DNA of 64,000 nt from Yuukianura sp. NJ FZ-2021 (lineage: Eukaryota). The notes beneath the pieces are model-generated. The model did no database searches, was not told where the DNA came from, and was given only the letters and a program-made list of their open reading frames with translations. The stretch covers positions 7,502,001 through 7,566,000 of the forward strand of contig CM102283.1 in assembly GCA_046563655.1 (NCBI GenBank), read 5' to 3'. The position numbers and the translations under genes were made by a program. Below are positions 51,899 through 64,000 of the stretch, piece after piece; within the stretch, counting starts at the first letter, position 1; each line of letters opens with the position of its first letter.

Positions 51899-53072
51899 AC
51901 ATAAAAACTGTAAAGTTTAGATTTAAAAATGGCGGCAAATGAGGTTTCTTCTAAAGTTGTCCGGGAACTACGTCTGGCGACTTGGTGAAACCTACGTTTG
52001 TGTCCCTACGGTTACCTTAATCCTCTCTAACTACGATGTACAGTGATTAGTAATCGGTGCATTTTTAATTAAGTTAATTAAGTTAACACAGAAATTCTGA
52101 CCGTGCCGAACAAACTTAAATACACGTTAAGTTAAAACGACAAAATGGACTCTCGGTGGGATGGGTTAGACATTTTTTATGCAAGTGGTATACTAAACAT
52201 GCAACAATTTTAATAATTACTCTAAGTTATGATTTTTTAACAGTTTGACAATTTACTGGTTGTTTTGTGGGATCTCTACACTTTTTCAATTAAGTTAGAG
52301 TTTATGGTTATGTTTTTATAACTTATTTTTTAGTTAATTGTTTTTAGTTGATGATCATGAAGTTATTAGTCGTTAAATGTTTGTTGCCTTTTGACAAAGG
52401 ATTCTCACCGTTGGGGTAATTGAACTCAAATTACGTTGTTAATTAATTACAACTAACTCTGTATGTAAGAAATAATTTTTAATTAAGTTTCATGTTTTAT
52501 TGTGACTTTAAGTGCTACTTAAGTGGACCTGACTAATTAAGGAATTTTACTCTTTGTGAAATAGGAAGGGTCAAGTCTAACCGTATTTGGTTTCAAATTC
52601 CAAATGTTATTATTCACCGTTAACTAATTTATTAACCAATTACAATAAAATCGTTATTCAATTTTTCTTTATTACAAAAAAAAATTGCTTATTGTTACAA
52701 TCATTCAATTTCATAGTCTCATGTTCATTTCTTAAATCACCTTCCGCGGCGGGAAACAATTTAAAAATTTCTCGTTTGAAAAAAAAAAAGCTCGAGAGCT
52801 AATTAATAAGTTCTTTGTTCTCACTTACTTTCTGGACGTTGTCGGTGAATGACGGGAAAACGGGACACTCTCTGTCCGCTATCGTGAGTGAGTAATCGTT
52901 TCACTTCGCATCAAGCGTGACCTGTGACCTCTCTGCACGATTCGACCAATAAGCTAGCAATACCTTTGGTTTGGTATTAACTGTGCTTCATTTCAATCAA
53001 ATCCAACCCATTTTATTAGTTAATCTTACCTAACTTTATTTTTAGGATAAACGATTTTGAGATTTGCGAAAG

Positions 53073-53547
53073 ATGTTTGTGTTACTCGTGGCAGTTGGAG
53101 TAGCGACCGTTCTCCTTTGGCTTCTGAAGCTCTACATTTACGGTGGAGTGTCCAAGTTACCGGGTCATCACGGGAAATCCTTGGAAAAGTTGTTTCCGCC
53201 GCGAACCGCTGAAGTGGAGGAAGAATTGAAGAGACGTAGGCAGCTCATTGAACAAGTAAGATTTAAGTTCCTGTCCTTTGTTGTTTATACCATAAGGTAA
53301 AGGTTGTACTGACGTTGCTAATTTACAGCGTAGAGCAGAGCGGGCACGTGAAGCTGTTGCGAAGCAAAACAAAGAAGGGCCACCAAAACCATTTATTGAA
53401 GAAGTCGAAGAATTCCTCGCGGCTAGGAAAGCGGAAGCGGATGCTGAACAAGATTTACAAGGACCTAGGCCTATCTTCTCCAGCAATACTTTCCAGGCAC
53501 GTAAGAACAACTGGGGGCCCGGCAAAAGGAAGCACCGAACGGACTAG
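53073..53547 (+). CDS. Small single-pass membrane protein with charged coiled coil, ~133 aa
   Basis: Exons 53073-53255 and 53329-53547 join in frame: N-terminal TM, EEELKRRRQLIEQ|RRAERAREA, C-terminus NWGPGKRKHRTD. Confidence 0.7.
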
Positions 53548-54129
53548 CGCCGATTCACCAGTGAGGTCAACACCTCGTAATAAGAATCTGCAACTAATTT
53601 TGTTCCTCCAAGAAGGACCTGTCAGCGTTAAGCTTCAAGATGTCATTCCTTATGTTTAGTACGCTAATGTATAGAAATTAACAACTTATTTTGTTGGTTG
53701 CAAAATAGTTAATTCGTTGATGTTTACTTCGGAATTCGGGAAGCTTTTTACGGAAGAGTGAACTCTAAAACCATCATAATTTGGTGTCAAATACCTTCTG
53801 TTTTTTTTTTGTCATTTTGTTTGTGCTATTTTTGGAATCTGAGGGTGTTAACTTTTCGTTGCTTGCGGCGGGGTGCGAAGTGGTGTTCGCACAACAGGTA
53901 AAAATGTGATTCTGCAAATGAATTTTTCAACCGGTTAATTAAAAATCTAACACTTTCCATCTGTCTTCCGTTTGTCGTTGTCATCTGGATGACTGAGGTG
54001 AGGCACTTGTCATTAATTACTTACGTAAATTTTGAACTAAATGTTACATTCGATTTTAAAATTGAATGGAATTATATTACATTATTTGTTGCAGGAGGGC
54101 ACGTGAGTTTATCGGGTTTGAAGTTGCTG

Positions 54130-54297
54130 ATGTTGAATGCTGATTCAGCAGTGCTGATAGAAGTACAAAGTCTATCGTGTCATTTGGAGCAGCTGATGCT
54201 TGACTTTGACAAGTTGCAACAAGGACAAGGACTGGACAAGAAAACATACGACAAAATTGTGAATGTGAAACAATTTATGATGCGTCACTTCATTTAG
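54130..54297 (+). other. Candidate 55-aa upstream ORF in the DNAJC22 leader
   Basis: ATG..TAGTAG inside a segment bounded by an acceptor at ~54093 and a donor at 54310; the next acceptor (54434) leads to the DNAJC22 ATG exon. Confidence 0.4.
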
Positions 54298-54587
54298 TAG
54301 CTAGAAGAGGTAATTAACTTTTTACTTTGTTTATACTCGGCACACTGCCAGACGATGATAGAATTTTGTCATAACTTCAGTGACTACGTGGCAGTACGAT
54401 ATTTTTCACTGATAAACTTTTTCGGTTTGTTTAGATTCAAGTCCGTTTAGACAGACAGGGTTGAGATGCTGAGAAACTGCCAGTACATTCTGCAACTAAG
54501 CTCCTGACATTTGGACTTCCGTTCCAGCACCAAGCTCCACAGTTCCTCTGTACTTCTGGAAGTCGGAATAACTTATTCAACAAGAAA

Positions 54588-55968
54588 ATGGGAAACAAAA
54601 GTGTATTCTTGGCCTACCTTTTCTGGCTCACCGGGGGATGGTTCGGCCTTCATCATTTTTACCTCGGAAGAGACCGTCAGGCCTTCGTGTGGTGGTGTTT
54701 ACTGGCTGGATACGGTGGAGTCGGTTGGTTCAACGACATGTTCAACATTCCAGAGTGAGTGATTTCTAGTTTTAGGCTGAACTTTTTCAAAATGTTGACA
54801 AATATCGTTTTTATTTTCTGTTTCAGTTATGTAGAGGAGGCCAACTTTTCAGAAAAGTATGTTCAGACTCTGATCAAAAAGATGCAGAAACACCCCAAGG
54901 TTTTTAAAATTCAAATACTGACAGGTTGGACAAAAACAGTTTTGCTCAATTTTTGTTTTTTGTTGTTTTTACAGCCACCTTTTTCCATGTACCGATTCAT
55001 GGGCCAAATTGTATTTGGAAACTTACTGGCCTGGGCAATCTATGGAGCAATTCCAGTAGAAGATGCTCCCTTTGGCCTCAATCTGACATGGCTCAGCATT
55101 TTAATACCTCTTGGATCAGCGATTGGTGTTCATGTGGTGGGAAACATTGGAAGAGAGGAGGGAGGCTTTTGGTGGCCACTGATTGGTGCTTATTCGCCCT
55201 ACATTTTGTATACTTCGGATACTTCTAGGTATTACCTAAGCTCTGTTGCTGCTGCGCTGTGCTTTCGACGTACTGTGAAATGGAACCGAAACCCGCCTCT
55301 GAGGAAAAATTTATGCAAGTGAGAGGAAATTCTTTAAAACTTAAGTATCGTTGTGTGTTCACTGTTCAGTTTTTAAAAGCAAAGTGATTTCTTGAAAATA
55401 TTTTTGCAGACGACTGTTAGTCCTGGGCTGTTGTGCCACGCTGTACCTCACCCTGTGTGCCTCAAATCTATACTTTAACGTTACCATTACAAATGAACAT
55501 GGAGAAACAATTAAGTTCCGTGACTCTGTCAAAAATCTTCTGAACTCTCCGCTCTGGATTAAGTTGATGGAGTCTATGAAACGACTATGGAATTTCTACT
55601 GGGCTCATGGCTGGAACAACTTATGGGACGAAGTAACAATCCATTTCAAATTGCAAACGAGCTTTTAAGATTTGCATCAATTGACTTTTAACTTAATTTT
55701 CTGCTTTTAGTTCGTCCGAAGTCTGGATCCAATGGGAGAGCAGAATGCTTTGTCTATTCTTGGTCTTCCAGAATCTGCTACTCAACAGGACATTACTAAA
55801 CGCTGGAGAGACTTATCTAGGAAGTATCACCCGGATAAGTTCAAATCTGAAACGGAAAAGCAAGAAGCACAACAGAAATTCATGGAGATTCAAGAAGCGT
55901 ATGAAAAGATTTCTGTTATACATTCCAAACGGAAGAGTCACAGCTCTCGAAGTAGACATTCTGCTTGA
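54588..55968 (+). CDS. DNAJC22: DnaJ subfamily C member 22 / Wurst (TM2 domain, TM helices, C-terminal J domain)
   Basis: KSVFLAYLFWLTGGWFGLHHFYLGRD; LDPMGEQNALSILGL..KYHPDK..AQQKFMEIQEAYE. Confidence 0.93.
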
Positions 55969-56540
55969 AAAATCTCATCTTACACTACTACTGAAGGCAA
56001 TCAATTAAATCCTTCCAGAATTTTGAATTTTATGCAGGCAAAACAAGAAGACAAACAAATTCTGTGATGGTGCAATTTCCAAACACTTTAAATTTTGAGT
56101 GTTCTGAGTAGCTATTTATTCTTAAAAATGTTGTTGGTATTTCAAAATATTTGTTAAATTAAATTGATCGATTTTTAGAACAAAAAAGTTCGGACTTGTA
56201 AGGAAGGCGAGTGTATTTCCATTTCCATCAATGTGAATCCTAGTTGAGCAAATTTTAGGAGCATTTAGATTTAATTAGTGATAACCCTGTTAAAGTGATA
56301 ATAGTTTTTTTTAACTTTTTTTTTAATTTAACAATCTATGTCAAAATTTCTTGATTATGAGAATATGAATGCTCCACACTGAAAAGCAATTTTCAAGTAC
56401 TATTGCGTATGTGTTAGCTTTTGTAAACTTTGATACTAGCTTGTGGCTTTTCGTTCACGGGTTTCGTTTTTATGTGAACTACGAACTGCAGATTTCCAAA
56501 AACACTAAATTTTGAATTTGAATTTTGAAACTTTTTCGAA

Positions 56541-57795
56541 ATGGGGTTACGAATACGATGGGTCATTTTAGTATTAACCATTTTTGCTATTCGCTCAACA
56601 TCAGCTCAAGTCAATCCAGAAGAATTCGTTTTGGAAATTTTTAAGGGTATAACTCACTCATTTTTAAATCTAATTTTCAATTTCATTGGGACTTTTCAAA
56701 CTTCACAAAAAAAATTTTTTTTGCAAATGTTTTCAGAACTTCAACAAAAATTTGGACAAATTCTGCCTGTTTTGATCCTGCACAAAATCCAGGAGACAAA
56801 TCTAGATGAGTTTGGCTGCGTAACAATCCCTCACCTCCAGGATTCTTTAGTAGTTTTACCAAATTTCGAAATTTCAATTGCCCAAAATTCGGAATGTGGA
56901 GAGCAAATTTATGGTACCATGAAAGTCTGGTAACTAAAACACTAAAAACTTGTAAGAATTACAAAACTAAAATTTTTTTTCAACATTTTCAATTTTTGTT
57001 ATTTACAGTAGTGCAAATATCACTGGACTAGAGACGCTAGACATTTCGTTTAAACTTTACATTGGTCCACTTGCAGTTCAACTGTTCTTTGACATTGAGC
57101 ACTTAACCATTACTGGACTCTATGACATTGACTTTACAATTTATGACGGTGACTATGTCACCGGAGGTGCTGGAGATTTCAGTATCAAAATGGAAGGACC
57201 CACTCTTGCATTGACCATACAGCCAGACATTTTTCCATCCTGGAACAGAATTGCCTTTGCAGATTTAGAAATTGACTTTAACTTTGATACGCTGGAATTC
57301 TACGGAGAAGATTTTACGACAAACGGAGACCGTTTTGACTGGAACGATATCAACAGCAGACTCAAACCGACATTTGATGCTATCTGGCCTGGAGTGAAAC
57401 CAAGACTGGAGGAAGTAGTCATAAATGAGGTCAACGCTATTCTTGCTGTAAGTACAATGGTGAATCAATTATTCCAGAAGTTAACAATCATTGCACTTCA
57501 ATTTAATAATTTAACAATCTAAGCACTGCAAAAGTTACTAACCTGCATTTTTAATAACTATTTTTCAGGGTTGTAAACTCTTCGACATGCTAAACGAAGT
57601 CTGTAAGTTTTTTCTTTCGTATTTCGGTAGATTTTTTCAACATGTGTGTGCTTTTTTCAAAGTTGTTATTTTCTAATGTTGTTCATTTTTCTAATATTTG
57701 TAGTCGATTGCTTTTCTTTTCGAGGAACATCGACTTTGGTTCAAAACACACTGAATTGTGTCGTAATTTCGGAGCCCACCGTTTGTCCGTTATGA
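56541..57795 (+). CDS. Secreted JHBP/takeout-like (TULIP) lipid-binding protein
   Basis: Signal peptide, ANITGL, LTITGLYDID..GGAGDFSI beta strands and a C-terminal long helix. The last exons are approximate. Confidence 0.65.
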
Positions 57796-57978
57796 AGAAC
57801 CAGGAAACATTTTTTTAAAATGACGGAATTGAATTTGTCACGCTTTGAATTTTAGACATTTTAGTTCTGTTCAATTATTAAAACAAGCATTTTGTAACTT
57901 AAAGAAAACTAATTCATATTTGCAAAATTGAATCCTGTAAAATAACTCAGCATTTGAATGTTGAACCTTGTGCACTGC

Positions 57979-60900
57979 TCAGTATGTAGTTGGCTGAGGT
58001 ATCAACTGTCTCAGTTTTTCTACAGTTCCATAAGTTTCAGTCAAATGGATACGATGAGGGTTGAACGTTGTAGGACTCTTAGCCATCCAGCGATTTCTCC
58101 AGCGATTGCATCCGTCTACGTAAGTCTTTCTCCACTTGACGTAAATCTTCAGCGCCACATCAACACAATTTCCTGAAATCACAACAAAAATCATTCAAAA
58201 ATTCATTCACATTTCTGTAAACAACTAAATTAGTAATACTTTTCAATTAACCTTGTGACTCCACTGGAAAGAGTTTCTTCGTCTGCGTAAACGGAATCTC
58301 CACTTCCTTCAAAACTCTGTCGTTGAATCTACTTGTGTTGAACGGTAGCGAAGTGAGTAAAGACTCTTCAAGTGAATCGATGAACAGAGCCCATCGTGGT
58401 TTTAGGTAATCGGAAACAATCCCTAAAAATACATATTTCAAATAGTAAAATTGCTACATAAAAAGTAAATAATAAAATAATACTCAAATATGTAATAGTA
58501 GTGGATTCTCTAAATAAGGGACAGGAGCAAGGAGCTCCTCCTCTTTCTCACTTTCACTCGAAGTCGCGGTACCGTAAAGTTTTAATTTTGGAGGGAACGT
58601 ATGTTTCAGTTTATCGGTTATTATTTATATATCTGCGCACAAACTTCGCAACAGCGCACAAACTGCGCAACAGCGCACAAACTGCGCAACAGCGCACAAA
58701 CTGCGCAACAGCGCACAAACTGCGCAACAGCGCACAAACTGCGCAACAGCGCACAAACTGCGCAACAGCGCACAAACTGCGCAACAGCGCACAAACTGTA
58801 TTAGGTCTAGAATTAGTGCAATTCACCTGCCCAGTGTTTAGATGCGTAGTCAACAATTTCACCATTTGGACCCCATGTTGTAATTTGATTCAAACTGTTG
58901 AATCGCAGCAGCGTAACTTCCTTTTCCAAAAAAAAAGTTTTTCAAAATCATTTCTGCTTTTTAAAGTACTGAATTTTAAAAAATTATGGAGCTTACTTGT
59001 TCATTTTTTCCCCATGACTCTGCACCTTGTATCCATTTTCCTAGGAGAAAATGTGGGCTAGTGGCTAGAAGCTGGTCAAGGTCATCCAAAAGTTGCAACA
59101 AATGAACGCTGTCTTTCCTAAAAACAAGTAAAATTCAAAATCCAAATTCGGCAGCCGAAAATCACAAAGTTTGTTTTTTACCAAAAAGTTTCTATGTCCT
59201 TCTCGTCGTAACTTTGCATGAGGTTCCAGTAGAGAATAGTTCCAAGATGGATACAGAACTGTCGTGTAAAGTCTACCAAGTCATGCAAAAAGAGTGACGA
59301 GTTGGAGGCGGAGGAAGAGTTGGTCATAGCTTCTGTGAGGAAGTAGGCCACGACTACTGAAATGTCTTCTGGGTCGTACCAAAGTTCTTCTGTTGCATTC
59401 AGGCGAGGTCGCTGGTTCACAATTGTATGTCCGTGATTTCTGGCTCCAGGAATCAAATTGTTATAAACGCCTCTCTACAAAAACATTTTTAAAAAAATTG
59501 AAAAAAAATCAGATTTTCAAAAAGATTTTTAAAAGTGTTTTTTAACATGCGAAGTAACAAACTATTTCACCTGAAGAGTCTGCCAAGCGTTTTCCAGCAA
59601 AGGACTGTCAAAGCCGTACCGTCTCAAGGAGTACTTTGTTATCCTATACAACGTCAAAGAATGGAGTAAAATTTTGATTAATTGAATAATAATACTCGAT
59701 TAAATTTAAAATTAACCGATTATTGTCAAGTGAATTTTATAAGGAAACTGTTTTCGTACCATTTTTGAATTTGGATTGAGTCTGAGTGTAAAGTGATCTC
59801 TGTCATAAAGTCGTACATGACATAGTTCTGGTTGATTCCTTCCGGTGTGAGGCCAATTCCAACCAAGGTTCCGTTGGAAGCTACAACTCGTGATACTGGC
59901 AGCATCTAAATAAATACTTGAGTAATTACTAATTACTAATTCTAATTACTTGAAGCTCTTTTGATTACTCACTTTGTTTATGAGTTCCATGTTTCCGTAT
60001 AAATTCATAGTCCCTCCAAAATTATGCAGCATACACCAAATGAAAGAGTGGTTGAAGAAGGAGTCAAATGCTGGAAATAACGGCAGCGTTTCTGCCTGGA
60101 GATCCAACACTAGTAGATTCCCCTGTTTCAAAAAAAAGTTAGAAGTTTCAAAAAAGAAAATTTAAAAAGTAATTTCATGTTTTTGCATGTTGAAATGTCT
60201 TCACTTGTTCAACTCCGCCGAGAAAACTCCGAACCCTGTCCTTTGTCCAGAATTCAAAATCAATAAACACCCAGGCTTGCATCATCCTAAATTAAAATTA
60301 ATTAGACTAATTAATTTTTAATTTTAAGTAACAAATTCGAATTCCGCACCAAACTGCCTTTGAGTCTGCTGCCACCATTGAATTGAACGTCGCTGTCGAA
60401 ATTGCCTTAAGATCGGCAGGGTCTGTACTGGAAGGTCGATTTTCATTGTAAGCATCAACACTGTAAACATGGTTCGAACCAACGGCAGAGGTCAACTGAA
60501 AAAGTTTCACAAAATATCAAATTTTAAAAAACCTCGAAACAGAACCGTCAAAAAAATATTCACGTTTTTGAAATAGTAGAGACATTTTAGTTTTGATTTA
60601 CCTCAGTCACAAACTGTTTCCCGATGGACTGGAATAATGGATCTCGAGGATCCAACATAAACGTTCTGCAGGAATGAAAAAAGTTCAAAAAATACTCAAA
60701 ATGTTTAGAATTTTCGGTAATTTTTTTTGTTTTTGAAATTTTACTCTGAATAGGAAGAATTGAAGTTGTTCCAAGACGGATGGCGTTCAAAAGTGGCATT
60801 TGGGTAAAGACTAAGGAGAGATGCTGGAACGTGTCCAGCAAATGCTGGTAAAACTGGCATCATGCCTAAACTTCTCATTCGTTTGACTATTTTCTGGAGC

Positions 60901-62200
60901 AGAATGAATTTGTCCTTGACATAAGAAGCTGGAATTGGACCACCCCATGTTTGCAAGTTTCCCATTCGAAGCCTATTCCATAAAAAAAACAAAATTAAGG
61001 TTTGACATTAGGGAGTTTGCGTTGAAAATCACTTATAAAATTTATAGAAAGTATGGAATTTAGAAATGCCCGCCTCCTTTCACCCATCCGCTCGTTACGG
61101 CCTCCGTGATTGGTCCATTTCAAACCTGTGACGTCACCTCCCAAACTTTTCTCATTTATGGGAGTTATGTTCCGTTTATAAATTTTGTAAATCCGGAAAA
61201 TTTGAAAAGTGACGTCATAAATTCTATACTTTCTATAAATTCTATAAATTTTTTATAACGCAAACTCCCTAAAATAAAGTTTTCGTTTTTACCAAGCCAG
61301 AAATGGTGGTCCTGTGATGTAGTCTGTGACTTGCGCAGGCGTAAGGCCGAGTTTGGTGTAAACACTGTACCAAATGGCCTCTTGACCCACGACGGCCAAT
61401 GGCAGGTTGATTCCATTGAGAGCCATCCAGTCTATCTCCACTTCCCACCGAGCCCAGTCCCACCAAACAAATGAGTAGCTCTCTGTGCAAGCATTCTGGT
61501 AATAACGGAACCTGCAGTTCAAGGATACATTCAAACACGTACCAAAAATTGGCACTAATAAATAATTGAATAAATTTGTTTAAGTGTACCTGTCAAGTAT
61601 ATTTTTCCTGACTTTGATAGGACGAGGCAGTAGATTTGGAAGAGAGAGCTGAGTTCCTTCCCATGATATGTGAGCGTTACAGTAATATTTCAGATAGTAG
61701 TTGAGTCCAAACAGAGTACTCACGCCAGTAGTTCCAACCACCAGGATTCTTTGTTCTGCTCGATCAAAACTGACCTAAAACAGAAACAAGTCAAAATTTT
61801 AGAATTTCAAAATGCTATCTTTCAAAAAGAAAAATTATGTTGTCGGTTTTACTTCAAAAGCATCATGGTAAGTGGAGTTTGTGAGGGAAGGATCGACTTT
61901 GAGTTTGAAGTTGCTGAATCTCTGGGGAAGAAGTCTTTCCAATACTTTTTGAGCCGCCGCTTCCTGAAATGCTGGACTAACTGTACTGTACAAGTACTTT
62001 AAATCTAAAATTAATTAACCACAAATAATTGATTTCCAAACAGCTACAACAACAAAAAATCCATTGGTCTTTGAGCAACTTTTTAATAAATCCAACATTA
62101 AAAATTCAGTTGTTTACGCCTTACTTCCGGAATGAGTTGGAGCCGAAGATGACAGGACCAATAGGACTAGCAGGAGGAACTGCAGTACTCCAGTCTTCAT
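57979..62200 (-). CDS. NAGLU: Alpha-N-acetylglucosaminidase (GH89)
   Basis: Signal peptide at 62200; [83 protein letters not shown]. Confidence 0.96.
58636..58798. repeat. 19-bp minisatellite (cgcacaaactgcgcaacag) x ~8.5 in a NAGLU intron
   Basis: Near-perfect tandem copies; explains the 19-aa periodic spurious ORFs. Confidence 0.95.
61011..61269. mobile_element. MITE family B in a NAGLU intron
   Basis: Perfect 13-bp TIR gggagtttgcgtt/aacgcaaactccc extending imperfectly to ~50 bp; flanked by TA on both sides (tta..taa). Confidence 0.8.
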
Positions 62201-62722
62201 TATTCACTTTTTGGCTACGTCATTAATTAATTGGTAATTAGCAATTAACTAATTAAGAATTAAATTGAAAAGAATTTGTTTTTGTTCTGACTTTGGGTTT
62301 GACTAAAAGCTACCCAAACTCCAAAGTCAGGCTAAGAAATTCACTAAAGTGTAACTTCCTTATTTATGACAAATTGAAATTTTCCAAAAAATTGTTTTTT
62401 TCAAAGACCATCACACCATCTAACTTTCTACAGAAGGCATTTGGAAAAAGTGACGATTAGGCTGAGAAATCCACTAAAGTGTAGTAACTTCCTTATTTTC
62501 AAAAATGTTTTAAAATTTTTTAGAAAAACACTCTTACGTTTTGACGTTTCTTGAAAATTCAGGTTAGGATAAGTTGTTTCTCATCTCATCATTGTACGTC
62601 TTTGGTAAACCCATTTCGTTTAATTCAAGTATTAGCGAACTCGAATAAGTAATGCATAATTTATTCAGTTTTTTAATTGTTAGAAGTAAGGTTGATGCTT
62701 TCGTGTAGTGTGCGGGTGAATA

Positions 62723-63528
62723 TTAGACGTTTGCAGTGCATTTCCAAACCAAAATGCCCAGGTTTCCATTGTAGAAGACATTGACAAAGTGAAGCGCGTC
62801 GTGGGAAATTTCGAACCCAAAGCATTCTCCGACAATTGCATGCCAACCCGGTCCGTAGATTCGATCCAAATTCTCTTTGATGCTTTTACAAGCAGCCTAC
62901 AATACGAAGAGTATGGTTGAATACACAGGAGAAAATGACGAGTACGCGAGCGTAAAAGAATAAACTATAATAAAACTTATAATAAATACTTTTACCACGT
63001 AATCACCCAAGTTGTGCTCTACGGCAGCTACGACGAAGTCCGTAATGTCCGTTTTAGTGTCTTCCGGCAGGTCCACGTTCTCAAAAAGAAAACGAAAGTA
63101 ATCAATTTTAAAAAATTGTAATTCAACAGTGTTGCTGGATGGATGAAATATTTCTGCCACTCTCCTCGAAAGTGGTGGATATATCCGGATTTTATTGGTT
63201 TCTCGGACGAAACTCAATTTCGTCCATCGGAAACTGGATTTTATCCGGATTTATCCAGTGGATACAACCTGGACGAAGTGTCAAAAAAGTGGATATCCAG
63301 CAACACTGTTTAAGATATGATGAAAATTGTACTAACCCGGACGATTGCGTAAGTCGGCATGACCGGTTCCTCGGCAACCACTTCCCCTTCGGCATCAACG
63401 TCGCCTTCCTCGGCGGCAGCGTGAGTATCTGACGTGACGCTTTCATTATCCCCTGCTTCTGCGGCCTCCCCCTCTTCTTCTTCTCCTTCCTCGCCGGGTT
63501 CCAATGGGTCAATATCCTCAGTTGACAT
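62723..63528 (-). CDS. DNAL4: Axonemal dynein light chain 4-like with acidic N-terminal extension
   Basis: Exons 63528-63337, 63079-62996 and 62896-62723: YAIVR|NVDLPED..AACKSIKENLDRIYGPGWHAIVGECFGFEISH..GNLGILVWKC. Confidence 0.88.
63125..63310. mobile_element. MITE family A in DNAL4 intron 1
   Basis: Perfect 16-bp TIR aacagtgttgctggat/atccagcaacactgtt, 186 bp; second copy at 23628. Confidence 0.85.
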
Positions 63529-64000
63529 CTTCACAGACGAATTTTCCTGTTGAATGAGCGAGGTATTCAAGAACTACTAAATATGGACGCGGAGGAAACA
63601 GGAATGCGACTGCGCAGCTACACGTCTCGGAACAGACAAAAATTGAGCAGAGATCCGCTCCGTGTGTGGAATCAAACACACAAGTTATAATTTAAATTGT
63701 GTTTCAACAATAGCAGTTGCCATGGGAAATTCGGTTGAGCCAAAATTAAGACATTGGATTTAGACTTTTCGTGGAGACCGAGTATTCATTTCAATTTTAG
63801 ATTCAATGAGTTAAAATGTTATTGTACTTTCTATGTACCTTTCTATGTCCCATGATTTTTTGAAATTTCGAGATTTACCACAACAGTCAAAGTCCACTGA
63901 TTTTTTTAAACTTGATCTAAATTTTGCTTATCTAAATCTCGTGAGGCCATTGTCGCATTTTCCACCTGCCAAATGCATGGTGATAAGATGACTTTGGAAT

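Noticed and set aside
58501-59061. 186-aa ORF with periodic [19 protein letters not shown] repeats, or a CRISPR-like array
   Set aside because: It is the translation of a 19-bp minisatellite in a NAGLU intron; there are no spacers and the context is eukaryotic.
62329-62500. ~36-bp direct repeat (ggctaagaaattcactaaagtg..aacttccttattt)
   Set aside because: Small local duplication with no evidence of function.

Overview
Gene-dense, AT-rich eukaryotic DNA with many short GT-AG introns. It is arthropod, most likely hexapod: it has a ZAD-like zinc finger, a PAN-ZP cuticle gene, a JHBP/takeout-like gene and wurst/DNAJC22. A springtail-like genome is my guess, not something the sequence proves. I reconstructed about 22 protein-coding genes by hand. 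In order: ZAD-C2H2 finger, FAX/metaxin-like, a CNOT4-type RING-TPR fusion, a DUSP23-like pseudophosphatase, eIF2B-gamma, a C2H2 protein, a small secreted Cys/Ala-rich protein, prominin-like, a Cys/Pro-rich protein, an LRR-like membrane protein, tektin, eIF4E, IMMP1L, a non-RD Aurora/PLK-like kinase, two tandem trypsins, a large PAN-ZP gene, a small TM protein, DNAJC22, JHBP-like, NAGLU and DNAL4. There are also two MITE families and a 19-bp minisatellite. The most unusual items are the RING + STAND-like TPR fusion (visible only after splicing), the DUSP23 paralog with a dead catalytic loop, a horizontal-transfer candidate peptide, and a possible uORF upstream of DNAJC22. Exon boundaries and family assignments come from manual reading and recalled consensus motifs; no searches were run.
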